64,000 nt of DNA from an uncultured virus (IMG/VR IMGVR_UViG_3300030451_003166) (IMGVR_UViG_3300030451_003166), one strand, 5' to 3'. Positions 18,838-30,417 are shown, counted from the first letter of the stretch. Numbers and translations: made by a program. Notes: generated by a model not told the origin, from the letters alone.

Positions 18838-19524
18838 TTATTGTTGTTGTTTCCAGAAAGGATTTTGGAAGTCCATTTGATGTCCACCACCAACACCACC
18901 ACCGGCTCCACCCATTCCACCAGTTAAAGCGCCTGTTACAGAACTAGCTGCGCCTGATATACCTGACCACATTTTTTCATCTGCCATAGCTACTTTTTGA
19001 TTAGCAGCAGCAACATCTCCAGCTTCCATACCCATAAGTGTAGATACTTTGTTTCTTTCCATGTCACGCGACATAATATCACCTTGAACTTTTTGATTTT
19101 GTATTTGAGAGGCCATACTTCTTTCAGCTTGTTGATTTGCAGCTTCTTGTTGACCTATTGATATTGATGCTTTTTGAGCATCCATAGCGCCTTGGTTAGC
19201 TAAGGTTTGTGCTAATGCTGCTATACCAGAACTACCAGCAGTTTCTCTCATACTATTAAGTATGTTAGCTTGACTTTGTTGTTGCTGTGCTCTTTCAAAC
19301 TCAGCCTGCTGTTGATTAACAGTTAAGTCTTCCATAGTATTCTGCATGTCCTTATAAGGGTTTGAAGTGTCTAAGTTTTTAAACGCTTCTTTTTGTTGTT
19401 CTAATCTTGCTTTAGCGGCTTCAGCTTCTTTTTTAGCTGCTTTCTTTTGCTTACCACCAGATATAGCTTTAGCTACACCAGCACCAACACCAATAGCGGC
19501 AGCACCTACTAGTAAAAAACTCAT
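18838..19524 (-). CDS. putative ejection/pilot protein
   Basis: Gly/Ala hydrophobic N-terminus and Gln/Ala-rich helical body typical of podovirus internal proteins. Confidence 0.55.
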   Translation of the reverse strand: MSFLLVGAAAIGVGAGVAKAISGGKQKKAAKKEAEAAKARLEQQKEAFKNLDTSNPYKDMQNTMEDLTVNQQQAEFERAQQQQSQANILNSMRETAGSSGIAALAQTLANQGAMDAQKASISIGQQEAANQQAERSMASQIQNQKVQGDIMSRDMERNKVSTLMGMEAGDVAAANQKVAMADEKMWSGISGAASSVTGALTGGMGGAGGGVGGGHQMDFQNPFWKQQQ

Positions 19525-19527
19525 ATC

Positions 19528-19983
19528 TTATTTGTTTTTGTTAATATAATCTTCATATTCTTTAAAATCTTTTGCAACAATATCTTTTTCTAATTGTTGT
19601 ATATCTTGAGTGTTAGTCGGGTTTTTATGTATGTTTACAAATACACTTTCCTCGTTTGCGTATATAACTCTTTTTGTTCCAGGAGTAGCAACAACATAAC
19701 AAGGCGCAACGTACTCTTCTATAACATCTTCTGTGGCTACAGATATATGTCCAGTTAATAAAAACCAAACATGCAGATGTTTATGTATAGCACCAACAAC
19801 AACTGAGCCTGGTTTCATTGACATTTGTCTAACATATATTCCATCAGCAAACGTATGTTTTAACGGGAAATGTTCTGAATCTTGGTGTGTTACCACATTA
19901 ATTTCATCAGCATTATTAATTAACGCTTGTTGAAAATTAAGTATTTTTTCACGGTTTGTTTTGCGTATTTCGTTATTAGACAT
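19528..19983 (-). CDS. cupin-fold protein
   Basis: HTFADGIYVR...VVGAIHKHLH...PGTKR...VNIH. Confidence 0.6.
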   Translation of the reverse strand: MSNNEIRKTNREKILNFQQALINNADEINVVTHQDSEHFPLKHTFADGIYVRQMSMKPGSVVVGAIHKHLHVWFLLTGHISVATEDVIEEYVAPCYVVATPGTKRVIYANEESVFVNIHKNPTNTQDIQQLEKDIVAKDFKEYEDYINKNK

Positions 19984-20004
19984 GTAATTATATTTAATTT
20001 ACTT

Positions 20005-20033
20005 TATAATCACACTATTTACATGTTATTTAC
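20005..20033 (-). promoter_or_regulatory. putative late-class promoter GTAAA-N15-GTGATTATA
   Basis: Upstream of 19983 gene; conserved motif and spacing. Confidence 0.55.
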
Positions 20034-20394
20034 TACTTATAAAATAATCAGTTCCTACGGAAAATATTTCTTCGTGATCAGATCCAGCTTTATTACTTTT
20101 AAACTCCATCTCTAAATAATAACCTAATATACTACTTAAGTTAGCTTTATTGTCTTTGCTAAAAAGAATAAATGCAGGAGGAGGATTAAATCCGACTGGC
20201 AACAAGCTTGGGCTACAAACAATGGTAGGAGCGTTACTTTGTGGATTGTTTATGGCTGAAATAGGTCCTATCTCAATTACATTAGCTAAATTAACTGTAA
20301 AGTTTCCAGAAGCTGTAGTAAGAACATAATAAGCCGTATCTCCTATTTGACAAGAAACGTTTAATGGTTTAGAAAATGTTAAAGTTGTTGGCAT
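20026..20394 (-). CDS. hypothetical tail-associated protein
   Basis: Directly downstream of the 2500-aa tail gene. Confidence 0.5.
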   Translation of the reverse strand: MPTTLTFSKPLNVSCQIGDTAYYVLTTASGNFTVNLANVIEIGPISAINNPQSNAPTIVCSPSLLPVGFNPPPAFILFSKDNKANLSSILGYYLEMEFKSNKAGSDHEEIFSVGTDYFISSK

Positions 20395-20404
20395 GTTTTA
20401 TTGT

Positions 20405-23400
20405 TTATGTTACATTTAAAAATTTAGGATACAAAGTAATAGCTCCGTTAGGTGTGGCATCACCATAGTCTTTTGCTATATAACTAACAGTAACTGTTAC
20501 TTGTGTTGCACTATCTTGAACAGCTGTAGCTCTTAAAGCATAACTCCAGTCACTAGTAAATTCAATTTTATCATATTGAGCAAACGCTGCACCCGTATCT
20601 ACTATATCAGCAGATATTGTTATTCTGTATTTATAATTAGTACCACCAATATTATACCCAGCGCTATCAATAGCTGTTACATTCGCACCACTTGCTATTC
20701 TACTAGCAGTTAAAATCGTACCACTATAACTTTTTTGACCTCTTTCATAACCTACATCTGACACTCCCATACCTACTTTTAATCCATCACCATTATACTC
20801 GTCTAAATATATATATCTTCCACCAGCTGGAGCCAAGCTATTTGCTGGTAAGCAAACTGTATGTCCAGCTCCTCTAACATCACGTATTTGATGGCTGCTA
20901 CCTGAGCCGCTATCATCAACAACAGGTTGTCTACCGTTACCTGAAGATATTGATATTGCTTTTCCTTCACCGGTGATTGTATACACAAAATTTATTGTGT
21001 TGTAAGTTCTATCTTTACTAAGCTGAAGTGCTTTAGGTTTTCTAAACTGAGGTACTCTAGCTTTTGTCGTAGCAGTATTATTAGTAACTGATAAGCCAGT
21101 TATAGCGGTACCACCACTAGTGTTAACAGCGTTTACAGATCCAGTAACGTTTGTTGCTGTTTTATATGTTAATTCTTCAAACGCGTCTGGAACTCCAGCT
21201 GTACTAGTTGGAACATCTAAGTGTGTAAGGCCGCCACCTGTTGTTTCTATTAGTTTTACAGAATATGTTTTATCTTCATTTAAAGTAGAATGAAAAACAG
21301 AAAACTGTTTTATCAACTCATCTTTTGTAAAGTCAACAGTGTTAGTAGAAGCACCGGCTTGCCAAGCATCTGTTGCAAAATTATAATATAAGTCAACCGT
21401 ACCACTACCACTCTTTCTACCCAATTGGAAAGATGTTCTACCAGGAGCCGAAGCTTGTATTGTTATAAGTTGCTGTTGAGCTATAACAGAGGTTAATATA
21501 TCTTTTCTATAAGAAACATTTTTAATAGCTGCAACAACATTATCAGAATAACCACTTTGTGTTATTTGCTCTGTAGCAAGTCTAATTGTAAATTGATTAT
21601 CAAAATCTGCAAAACTTCCAGTAGTAGGTAGTTGATCGTCTTCACCAGCCAGCGGTGTAAAGAAAAACTCTACAACAGCAACGGTGCATTGATTAGCAGA
21701 ATTTAATGTAGGTGTTATTTTTACATCAAACTGTTTTCCAAGCTCTCTATTTGTAGAGGTGTAATCTACGTCTACAGGATTTGGGTTTCTTGGATCTAAA
21801 GGTTTAAAATAATAACCATTAGAAGCTGTAAACGTGTATTTACCCCAAAGCGTAGTTTGACCTTTATTTAAATTACCAGTATGAACATACGCATCGTGAC
21901 CTTTTAGTGGTCTTTTACTATCAGTTGTTCTATTAATATCATTAACATTAGCTATAGTTAAATTAAAATTACCTACCGTGCCATCATGCTGAACTAAAGC
22001 TTCAAACGGTGTTTTTAGTAGTGTGTTTAAACTAACTGTCTGCTTGTCTAAATCTACAGTGTAAACAGTATCTTGTGTTATTGTAAAGTTATCATAGTAA
22101 ACCTTAACTTTAATAGTATTAGTTGGTTCACCAGCAACACCATTGTTAAACAACTCTATCTTGTTTACACCAGCTGTAGCGTTCCAGCTTCCTCCACCTT
22201 GTTTTTCTATTGTTCTAAAGGTTGTATCTGTTATTGTAACATCTCCTCCAATAGTAAAATCAAAGGCGTCTAAATTTATACCAGTGTACTCATCATTTAC
22301 AATATTTGTTATTGTAAGCTCTTTAAAACTTGTGTTGTTAGTACCAACGGTTGTTCCATCTGTGTGGCTTGATTGATTAGAAACATTTTCAGTAGTCCAA
22401 CCACTATCAGCTGTAGCATCGTAAGTACCACCACCAGTAGCTGTGTTGTTTGTAACGTTAAACGTAAATTTTCGTTGACTTCTATTAGTTCCAGAATCTA
22501 CAACTGTTTCTTGAGTAGCCATACCAATACCTTGAACACTAAATTCTTTTTCGTCTAAATTTGAAAGTAAAGTAGTAGCGCCTGTAAAAGTACTAAACCA
22601 TTTACCTTCTTTTTCTTTAAACTCTATGTTTTCAGTTGACTGTAGGTTTGTGGTACTACTATCTATATACCAACCTTGTTTTTGTGTTAGATTATAATAC
22701 TCTCTATCACCTATATTAAATGTATTACCAGCAGCATCTGTTACTGAAGGATTTACAAAAGCGGTTATTCTAGACTGAGTACCCTCGTAGTTAACGGTTC
22801 CAAAGCTTTTAACAGAACCAGGATCGTCATTAAACAACAATTTAATACTAGGATAATACTGTATACCATAAAACATATTATTAGGATTTGGATTACCCAA
22901 ATGGTTAATTGTTTGGTGATGCTTCCATATTTGACCAAACTTAAACGTGTAATACTCGTTGTTTAAGCTAATACCGTTTTCAGGATCAAAAGATTTAAAA
23001 CTTACCCAGCCTTTAATATCTTCGTTCCAAGAAACAGTAGTTCCACTTGGCCTCATCTGACTTCTGTAAGCTCTTGTTCCAAACGTTAAGTTATATTCAT
23101 TTTTCTTACCATCGTAAGTACCAAGTATATCTGTAACACCTTGAAGATTGTCATTAAAGTAATCTTTCATTCCAACATCAGATATAACGCTTATGCTTGA
23201 TTGTCCTTGTAAACCTAAAACCTGCCCTCTCATTTGATCACACCAGTAAGCACCAAAAGGTGTTTTAGCAAAACTCATTGGATCAGTGGATATACCATAC
23301 TCACCTTGTATAGGTGTTGCAGCTCCTAAAACTCTAGCAGTCGCAGTAACGTTAGAGTTACCATCAGCGTTAAATAATGCGTCTTTGTTTGTTAATATGA

Positions 23401-26400
23401 TTAAAACTTTATCTTCACAAAAGGCTACTGTATCAGTGTTTCTAGCATGCATTTTTTGAATGCTACCATAACCAGGATTTAAATCTTTGGTTATAGGTTC
23501 TGCTGCTATAAATTGATTTAAGTTGTTAACGCCACTTATAGAGTTGAATATACCAGACCATATAAAACCATTTTTTCTATGTTCTTCTTTATAAGGCTCT
23601 GCTACAGAAGCTGAAGCTTTCACACCGTTATCTAGTTGTGGTGCATTAAAATCATCTCTAATTCTATCTGACTCAACACCGTTACCCCAAGCCCAACAGT
23701 TCCACCAGCCTAAGTAATATGTTTGGTGATGTGTTGCATTTTTAGTAACAATTGAAAAATCATGTTTACGAGGGTTATCACCCATAAATAACTGTATTGT
23801 AGTAGCACCAACAGGAACGTTACCACTTACATTTACTTTAGAAGTTATTTTAGAACCATCGTATCTATATATAGTTATAGAGCTTTCATTTCCAGTTATA
23901 CTTGGTAAAGCTGGATCAAACTCAGGTATAACAGCTGTTAAAGCTGGTGTAAAAGTTATGTTGTTATCAGATAAACTTGTTACGGTGTGTGTTGTGCCTC
24001 CATGCTCAAAAGTAGCTTTGTATGGCACTATCATTTCGTTTGTTTCTTTTGAAAACTTAACGGGTATTGCAGCGGAAGCCTCGTAATAAATATCTAGTTC
24101 AACATTTTCTTTAGGTTCTGTTTCCCATATAGCTGGATTGTTACTTGAAAATTCTTGAGCACCTTCACTATCCGTAACTATAAAAGGCTCCATAAACTCT
24201 ATAGTACTATCGTTTCTTGGGTTTGCTGAAAAACCATCTATAGTAGGATGTGTCATTCCATTGAATATACCACTACTATGAGAACATGTAGCGGATTGTG
24301 CGGTTCTAACTGCTAACGTACCATCTGGTTGCATCCAATAAGAGTTACCACCAACTAAACCACTAGCAATAGGACAAAAATAGTGTGAGTCACCATTAGC
24401 GTCTACTCTGTTAGGACTAAACCACTCATCATGTGTACCTAGCCCAGTAACATCTACGTTATCAAGATCTCTGTAACCTCTTAATTTAACCCTAATACCA
24501 AATCTTTGATTACCAGAGTTAGAATCACTATTACTCCAGTTCCAGTCACTATCGCCAGTACCACCAACAAGTGGACTACTAGCACTACCACTTTCACCTC
24601 CAAAGTAATTCATACCAGCACCAAGGTTTGTATATAATCTACCTCTTACTTGTACTATTTCCCATATAGTTTGGGCTGGATCTTCAGCAAATCTAATTAA
24701 ACCTCCTATGTTTGTTAATCTAGTATACGGAACTTGGAATATATTTCCTGCATAACCAACAGGATTAGAATCTTGATGAAAGTTTGCAAAAGATATATCA
24801 AAGTGAGCGTTACCCGCGTGATCAAAACAACCTCCCTTGCAAAAACCAGGAGTAGGGTAATAACTATCGTCTTGATAATCTTCATCATCATAAAACCACT
24901 GATTACCTCTGTCATACTGATCTTTATAGTTGGTGTGTTTCCAGTCACTCCAAAAGCTTTCACCACTACCGTTGTGATCATTTAAAAATCCAACCCTCAT
25001 AGTATCTACAACAGCGTACTCTAAATCTGTTGTAAAGTTATTTAAAAGTTTGTTTTGTAATATTAAGTCTTTGTATATCTTTACAAAAAATCTACCATCA
25101 AACTCCGGTTTATGTTTAAGTGTATTTTGTAAAATTTCTAACTTTAGGTCGTTGTCTAAGTTCAAACCAACAAACTGATTACAGTCGTTTTCAAACTTAC
25201 CAGCTATAGTTATTTTAACCCAAGTACCACTTGATGGTACTGCTATAGAAACAACATCATAAAAATTACTTAATAGAGGTGTACCACCAGATGTACCACC
25301 TATTCTTAGTTCTAAATCTTCTTTTAAATCAGGTTCTACAACAGAACTAAACGTAGCTAAGAAATCATCTTTTCTTACAAGTATAAAAGATTTGTCTGGC
25401 TCTGGTGCTCCCGCGGCTGCATAATCCACATGAGCCATACCATAAGACTTTCTATATTGTTTTATAAAAGTTGGTGGTTCTTCAGCTATAGATATAACTT
25501 TATATCTAGCTTGATCTATTACAGCAATATCACTGTCGTGCTGTTTTTTAAGTATTAAGTATGTGTCTTCAGTTATTTTATTTCTTTCTGCAGAAGGAAA
25601 ACTAATCCAAACGTTACCATCTTCAGCATCGTAAAAACGATCCATAGCTAAGTTATAGTATTCGTTAGATGTTTCTTTAATGTAATATTTAAAAGACTCA
25701 GCCCAGAAAGGAGGATCTGATCTTAATGTTGCTGTTATTTGATTAGCTGTAGTAGAAGCTTTTTTAGGTATTGTTACAGAACCACCGCTTTTAGGAACTT
25801 GCACAGGTGTTTCTCTACCATACTTATCACGAAAAACTACACCAACCTGGTAGGTTCTCATAGTTTTACAAGACAAAGTAGGTGTCTCTATACCATCAGG
25901 GTTTATAGAGTTATCTATTAACTCGCTAGCGTAGTTTACATCTATTTCTAAACTTCTAGAAACAGAACCAGCTGATATATTATAGTTCTGTAAATAGTTA
26001 CCATAAACTAATCTATTACCAGTTATTTCTTGAGCTCTAGCTCTTCTAGGTACATTATCATAAGGTCTTAACAATTGGTTAGAAGGGACTATAGCGTGTA
26101 TAATTTCTGATGTTATTTCATATTCACCTCTATTGTAAAAGTTAATATTCCAAGCTGGCCAAAAAGGAGGACCATCTTTCATTGTTAATTCTTTTATAGT
26201 ATAAACCTCAGCCTTGTTTGTTTCTTTATAAAGTAGTTCAACACCAATAACATCTTCAGGTGTATTAGAAGGTTCTTGAAAATATCTTGTTAATTTTAGC
26301 GATCTAACATTATTACGCATACCTAAATTATAACCTTTTTTAGGTAAATAATCAAAATCACCAGGTAAAAAAGCTATTTCAGACCAAGGAGCATAACAAG

Positions 26401-27907
26401 AGTATTCACCATCAGTGTATTTCCATCTGTAGGAAAATCTAGGAAACTTATACTCAAATAAAGGTTTTTCTTGTTCTAATCTAACTAACCAGTCTTCAGG
26501 TATATTACCAAGTGTAGCATCAACAGACTGTATTTCTATAGTGTAAGGACCTACTGAACCACCATTGTTTGGATAACCACCAGGACCATTTATAACAACA
26601 GCTCTAACTAAAGCATCTTCAGTTGGAAAAGCATCTGGACTAGCATTTAAATCGTTTAAGAAAAGCAATACATCACCAGGTCTAAAATCTACCGCTGTGT
26701 TAAAAGTTACTGTTAATTGGTGGCCAACTTCATGAGGTTGGTTATTAGCTGTGTCGTAAAAAACACTAGTAGCGTTAGAGTCGTTAAATTGAGTAAATAT
26801 ACTGTTTGGAGTTGTAGAACCGGATGGTACTCTAGTAGCGGCTGTAGTTGACATTTCAAGGTCAAGCGGCATTTCAGGGTTTTTCTTTATAACCGTTATG
26901 TGTTGTTCTCTACATGGTATAGGTAATTGTTCCGTATGGTTAACCGCTAGTCTAAGCTGAAAGTCTTTATCTATAACTAGCCTAGTGTGAAAGTGAGCGT
27001 TGTTATTCTGTATGTTAACAGCTGGATTATCACTAGGAACACCAGCAGCAAAACCATTTATACCACCATTAGGCATATAGTGTATACCTCCAGTACCAGC
27101 TATAGATCTTTCTATGTTTATTTTTTTAGGCTCAGTTGAGTCATCAGTCCAAAATATCATACCATCTAAATGATTTATAGCAGGTATTTTATTGTTGTGA
27201 CTAAAGTTTAATACCCTATCAGCTCTTAAATCGTATGTATCATTAGCTGTGCAACGTAAGTTTTCACCGTATTTATTAGTGGTTAATATTAAATGCCATC
27301 TGTTGTTAGCGGCATCAATTTGAATATCTGTTATAAATACCTCATCATTAGTTATACAAGTGTAAGTAGCACCATTAGCAACGTTGTTACCACGCCAAGT
27401 TATAGTACCACCAGTTGTATTTGTAAAAGTACCAACAACTTGCATACCGATTCTAGCACCAGTAATATTCATAGTGTTATCACCGTTACTACTAACATTT
27501 AATCTACCCGGTGCAGATGGTGCTCCCTCTTGTGTTGCTCTTACTTTAAATATATCTACAAAAACATATTTAAAAGAATCGTTTACAGTGTCATACTCTA
27601 TAATTAAATCTTTGTATATATTAGGAGCATAATTATATCTTTCCCAACCATAAGCAGCAACAAAGTAATATATTAAATCTTTTTCAGGAACATCTAAAAC
27701 ACCCACTGTTGTAGTGTACAGCTCATCAACAGAGCCAACAGCTTTTTTAGCATTACCTAAAACAACCTGAGCAGCACCTATATTAGAACCATCAGATGTA
27801 GATATTTGTATGTTCTTTGCATCTCTGTATTGACCATTAGGAACAAGTCTTTCATCAAGATCTTTGTTCATCTTGGACTCAGAGAACGTTCTCTTCATTT
27901 CTGCCAT
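20405..27907 (-). CDS. large tail protein (stabilization/nozzle-like, 2500 aa)
   Basis: N-terminal MNKDLDERLVPNGQYRDAKNI typical of Bacteroidota podovirus tail stabilization proteins; beta-rich; divergent C-terminal extension. Confidence 0.7.
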   Translation of the reverse strand: MAEMKRTFSESKMNKDLDERLVPNGQYRDAKNIQISTSDGSNIGAAQVVLGNAKKAVGSVDELYTTTVGVLDVPEKDLIYYFVAAYGWERYNYAPNIYKDLIIEYDTVNDSFKYVFVDIFKVRATQEGAPSAPGRLNVSSNGDNTMNITGARIGMQVVGTFTNTTGGTITWRGNNVANGATYTCITNDEVFITDIQIDAANNRWHLILTTNKYGENLRCTANDTYDLRADRVLNFSHNNKIPAINHLDGMIFWTDDSTEPKKINIERSIAGTGGIHYMPNGGINGFAAGVPSDNPAVNIQNNNAHFHTRLVIDKDFQLRLAVNHTEQLPIPCREQHITVIKKNPEMPLDLEMSTTAATRVPSGSTTPNSIFTQFNDSNATSVFYDTANNQPHEVGHQLTVTFNTAVDFRPGDVLLFLNDLNASPDAFPTEDALVRAVVINGPGGYPNNGGSVGPYTIEIQSVDATLGNIPEDWLVRLEQEKPLFEYKFPRFSYRWKYTDGEYSCYAPWSEIAFLPGDFDYLPKKGYNLGMRNNVRSLKLTRYFQEPSNTPEDVIGVELLYKETNKAEVYTIKELTMKDGPPFWPAWNINFYNRGEYEITSEIIHAIVPSNQLLRPYDNVPRRARAQEITGNRLVYGNYLQNYNISAGSVSRSLEIDVNYASELIDNSINPDGIETPTLSCKTMRTYQVGVVFRDKYGRETPVQVPKSGGSVTIPKKASTTANQITATLRSDPPFWAESFKYYIKETSNEYYNLAMDRFYDAEDGNVWISFPSAERNKITEDTYLILKKQHDSDIAVIDQARYKVISIAEEPPTFIKQYRKSYGMAHVDYAAAGAPEPDKSFILVRKDDFLATFSSVVEPDLKEDLELRIGGTSGGTPLLSNFYDVVSIAVPSSGTWVKITIAGKFENDCNQFVGLNLDNDLKLEILQNTLKHKPEFDGRFFVKIYKDLILQNKLLNNFTTDLEYAVVDTMRVGFLNDHNGSGESFWSDWKHTNYKDQYDRGNQWFYDDEDYQDDSYYPTPGFCKGGCFDHAGNAHFDISFANFHQDSNPVGYAGNIFQVPYTRLTNIGGLIRFAEDPAQTIWEIVQVRGRLYTNLGAGMNYFGGESGSASSPLVGGTGDSDWNWSNSDSNSGNQRFGIRVKLRGYRDLDNVDVTGLGTHDEWFSPNRVDANGDSHYFCPIASGLVGGNSYWMQPDGTLAVRTAQSATCSHSSGIFNGMTHPTIDGFSANPRNDSTIEFMEPFIVTDSEGAQEFSSNNPAIWETEPKENVELDIYYEASAAIPVKFSKETNEMIVPYKATFEHGGTTHTVTSLSDNNITFTPALTAVIPEFDPALPSITGNESSITIYRYDGSKITSKVNVSGNVPVGATTIQLFMGDNPRKHDFSIVTKNATHHQTYYLGWWNCWAWGNGVESDRIRDDFNAPQLDNGVKASASVAEPYKEEHRKNGFIWSGIFNSISGVNNLNQFIAAEPITKDLNPGYGSIQKMHARNTDTVAFCEDKVLIILTNKDALFNADGNSNVTATARVLGAATPIQGEYGISTDPMSFAKTPFGAYWCDQMRGQVLGLQGQSSISVISDVGMKDYFNDNLQGVTDILGTYDGKKNEYNLTFGTRAYRSQMRPSGTTVSWNEDIKGWVSFKSFDPENGISLNNEYYTFKFGQIWKHHQTINHLGNPNPNNMFYGIQYYPSIKLLFNDDPGSVKSFGTVNYEGTQSRITAFVNPSVTDAAGNTFNIGDREYYNLTQKQGWYIDSSTTNLQSTENIEFKEKEGKWFSTFTGATTLLSNLDEKEFSVQGIGMATQETVVDSGTNRSQRKFTFNVTNNTATGGGTYDATADSGWTTENVSNQSSHTDGTTVGTNNTSFKELTITNIVNDEYTGINLDAFDFTIGGDVTITDTTFRTIEKQGGGSWNATAGVNKIELFNNGVAGEPTNTIKVKVYYDNFTITQDTVYTVDLDKQTVSLNTLLKTPFEALVQHDGTVGNFNLTIANVNDINRTTDSKRPLKGHDAYVHTGNLNKGQTTLWGKYTFTASNGYYFKPLDPRNPNPVDVDYTSTNRELGKQFDVKITPTLNSANQCTVAVVEFFFTPLAGEDDQLPTTGSFADFDNQFTIRLATEQITQSGYSDNVVAAIKNVSYRKDILTSVIAQQQLITIQASAPGRTSFQLGRKSGSGTVDLYYNFATDAWQAGASTNTVDFTKDELIKQFSVFHSTLNEDKTYSVKLIETTGGGLTHLDVPTSTAGVPDAFEELTYKTATNVTGSVNAVNTSGGTAITGLSVTNNTATTKARVPQFRKPKALQLSKDRTYNTINFVYTITGEGKAISISSGNGRQPVVDDSGSGSSHQIRDVRGAGHTVCLPANSLAPAGGRYIYLDEYNGDGLKVGMGVSDVGYERGQKSYSGTILTASRIASGANVTAIDSAGYNIGGTNYKYRITISADIVDTGAAFAQYDKIEFTSDWSYALRATAVQDSATQVTVTVSYIAKDYGDATPNGAITLYPKFLNVT

Positions 27908-27913
27908 ATTATT

Positions 27914-28813
27914 CTAGTGTTTAATCCATTTAGATTTACCTCTTAATATTTGAGTAATCTCTTCAACTTTTATATTGGATAATCTTATTTTTGCATTTCT
28001 TGTTTCTGCAAATTTTTCTTTTTTAATCATTGCTAATTGTGCTGGAGGGTTTGCTAAAGCAGATAAACATCCATATAATATATGTTTATAACAAGCTTCT
28101 TCAGCAAACTTATGTATAACAGAGTCTCCCTTTTTTATATCAGCATCACTTTCTGACTCTATTAAACCATCACTTATGTATTTTATTATCACAGTTTTTC
28201 CCGCTAAGTTAGAGCTAAAATGAACTTTTCCTGTTTTATAGTCAATAAAAAACGATCCATTTATTTGAGAGTATTGAGGATCAAGCCCATATCTTTGCCC
28301 TACTAAATAATCATAATCTTCATCATCGTAGCTATCTTGGTTCTCAACTGGTGTAGCTGATTTAAAATTAGTCATTGTATCAGATGTTTCGTCGCTATCT
28401 AAAACATTAGCTGTAAAACTATATGTATCTGTAGATGCGTCATAACCTATGTCTGTTGGATTTGAAGTTTTACTAGCTGGATATATGACATGTTCTATAC
28501 CACTAGAATCAGACCAACTAAACTTTATATAGTTTACAAAGTCTCTAGGTAGTAACATGTGTAAAGAGTTAGGTATTACTAATTCTTGTGATAAAACTCT
28601 TCTAAGTGTGTCATAGCTTAATTCTTGAAAAGCTCTCGTAGCATGAAAGTAAACATCTGCAGCAAGAACATTTTTACACACTTTGTTTTCACCAACATAA
28701 GTAGCCATGAATGTTTCAACAATATCCTCTAAACTTATATATTGATATTCACCATGATTACCATTAGCTACATAATACGAACTGTCGTTATTATTTGGAA
28801 AGTTTAAACCCAT
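27914..28813 (-). CDS. tail ring/adaptor structural protein
   Basis: Synteny after capsid; LLPRDFVNYIK motif. Confidence 0.55.
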   Translation of the reverse strand: MGLNFPNNNDSSYYVANGNHGEYQYISLEDIVETFMATYVGENKVCKNVLAADVYFHATRAFQELSYDTLRRVLSQELVIPNSLHMLLPRDFVNYIKFSWSDSSGIEHVIYPASKTSNPTDIGYDASTDTYSFTANVLDSDETSDTMTNFKSATPVENQDSYDDEDYDYLVGQRYGLDPQYSQINGSFFIDYKTGKVHFSSNLAGKTVIIKYISDGLIESESDADIKKGDSVIHKFAEEACYKHILYGCLSALANPPAQLAMIKKEKFAETRNAKIRLSNIKVEEITQILRGKSKWIKH

Positions 28814-28816
28814 AGT

Positions 28817-29521
28817 TTATTGTTTTTTGATTTGTGTTTCATTAGCATCTCTACCAGCAAACGTACTAGCTAGACCAGCTTTGTTTATTACTATACCAGC
28901 TAACTCTGCTATTTTGTTTACTAAGTTTGTTTCTTCAGAATCATGTAAGTTAAAATTCACAGCTGAGTTCGCGTTGTATAAAGCTTTTTCGTTTACAACC
29001 ACATATCCCCAAGCTACATTTCCTGTAGGTGCAGTTATAACCTCACAAGTAACTGTGTTACCAGCGGCTTGTGTAGCACCACCATACACTTCTATATCTT
29101 GACCAGTTGTATCGCTTTCACAATATACTGGTGACCTACTAAGCATGGTTGCATGTCTGGGTGATTGTAATAAGTTGAATATTTCGTTTCTAGGAACTTG
29201 CTTGCATAAACGGTTGTTGTGGAATATTTTACCTATCATGTATGCAGCAGGAAACGTGTGGCCAGAAGTGACCGTTGCTATTGTAACAAATGGATCTAAC
29301 TTTCTACCTATTAGTGTAGTAATATCAGATAGTGTAGTGTGTTGGTCTCTTTCAACATCTACTCTTTCTCTAATATTCAAGTCGTAAAAATACATTTCAA
29401 ATATTTCGAGTTCAGCTTGATTTGCTAGTAAGTTAAACTCTTGAGGTGTTATATATCCTCTTTGTTCTTTGTTAGCTAACGCCAACACTCTTTGATATAC
29501 TGTATCTACGCTTATTGCCAT
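28817..29521 (-). CDS. head-tail adaptor/ring protein
   Basis: ANKEQRGYITPQEFNLLANQA N-terminus; synteny. Confidence 0.55.
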   Translation of the reverse strand: MAISVDTVYQRVLALANKEQRGYITPQEFNLLANQAELEIFEMYFYDLNIRERVDVERDQHTTLSDITTLIGRKLDPFVTIATVTSGHTFPAAYMIGKIFHNNRLCKQVPRNEIFNLLQSPRHATMLSRSPVYCESDTTGQDIEVYGGATQAAGNTVTCEVITAPTGNVAWGYVVVNEKALYNANSAVNFNLHDSEETNLVNKIAELAGIVINKAGLASTFAGRDANETQIKKQ

Positions 29522-29535
29522 AATTATTTTTTATT

Positions 29536-29574
29536 TGTAGTTTGTAATCGCCCCGTAGGGCGACTACCACTACA
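29536..29574 (-). other. long intergenic stem-loop (processing/stability element or terminator)
   Basis: TGTAGT..GTAATCGCCC-CGTA-GGGCGACTAC..ACTACA; no U tract on the coding strand. Confidence 0.5.
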
Positions 29575-29580
29575 GTTAGA

Positions 29581-30417
29581 TTAGTTTAATCTTTTTTCAA
29601 TATTGTTGAAAACCTCCATACCTTCGTCAGTTTTAAACCAAGCGGCTAAAGCTGAGTATGGGTGTTCATCGTAAGGTACATTCATAAGTTTTCTATCGTT
29701 GCTACACCAAACAAATGATCTTTGATCCGGAGTCATTCTTATGATATTAGCCTCAACAGCTTTTATACCTAAATTTCTAAGATAAACATTATCATCAGAA
29801 GCTAACTCTAGAAACAGTCTAGGCTTATTTCTAGCAAATAGTAATAAATCACGTTTAAGTTCCTTAGAACTCATCGTAGCTACCTCAGAACCTTTCTCTG
29901 ATCTCATAATAGCTTCAGCTGCATCAATATCTATTTCTCTAGCTAAATTCATAGCATCAAGTTGTAAATCTATATCTAATGTTTCTTCTTCAGCTTTTGC
30001 TTCGTTATCTACTTCAACCCACAGTCTATTTCTGTGAGGGTGATATAATGATAATAGTTTTTGCAAAACAGTTTTTTCTTTAGGTACGGCTAGTACACCG
30101 TTTCTAAAAACAATATGTTCTAATACGTGTCTTGCGTCTTTTGGAAACTCATCAACAAAGCAACTTCTTTGGTTTGACGTATATTTTAATTCTCTTTCGT
30201 AACCTTTTTCTTCGTCAAAATAATATATGCTATGTGATTTTACAGCTCTCATTAATGGTTGAGCACCTATTAATTCGTATACACGATCTTTAATAACCCA
30301 ATCATCTTTCTTTTTTTGTGGTTTTTCTTTAACCACTACTTTTGGTTTTGGTGTTTCAACAACTGGTGTTTCAACAACAGGTACCTCTACCTCTTCTTTT
30401 TTTGCTTTTTTTGCCAT
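29581..30417 (-). CDS. conserved capsid-adjacent hypothetical/structural protein
   Basis: Follows MCP; low-complexity PVVET N-terminus. Confidence 0.55.
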   Translation of the reverse strand: MAKKAKKEEVEVPVVETPVVETPKPKVVVKEKPQKKKDDWVIKDRVYELIGAQPLMRAVKSHSIYYFDEEKGYERELKYTSNQRSCFVDEFPKDARHVLEHIVFRNGVLAVPKEKTVLQKLLSLYHPHRNRLWVEVDNEAKAEEETLDIDLQLDAMNLAREIDIDAAEAIMRSEKGSEVATMSSKELKRDLLLFARNKPRLFLELASDDNVYLRNLGIKAVEANIIRMTPDQRSFVWCSNDRKLMNVPYDEHPYSALAAWFKTDEGMEVFNNIEKRLN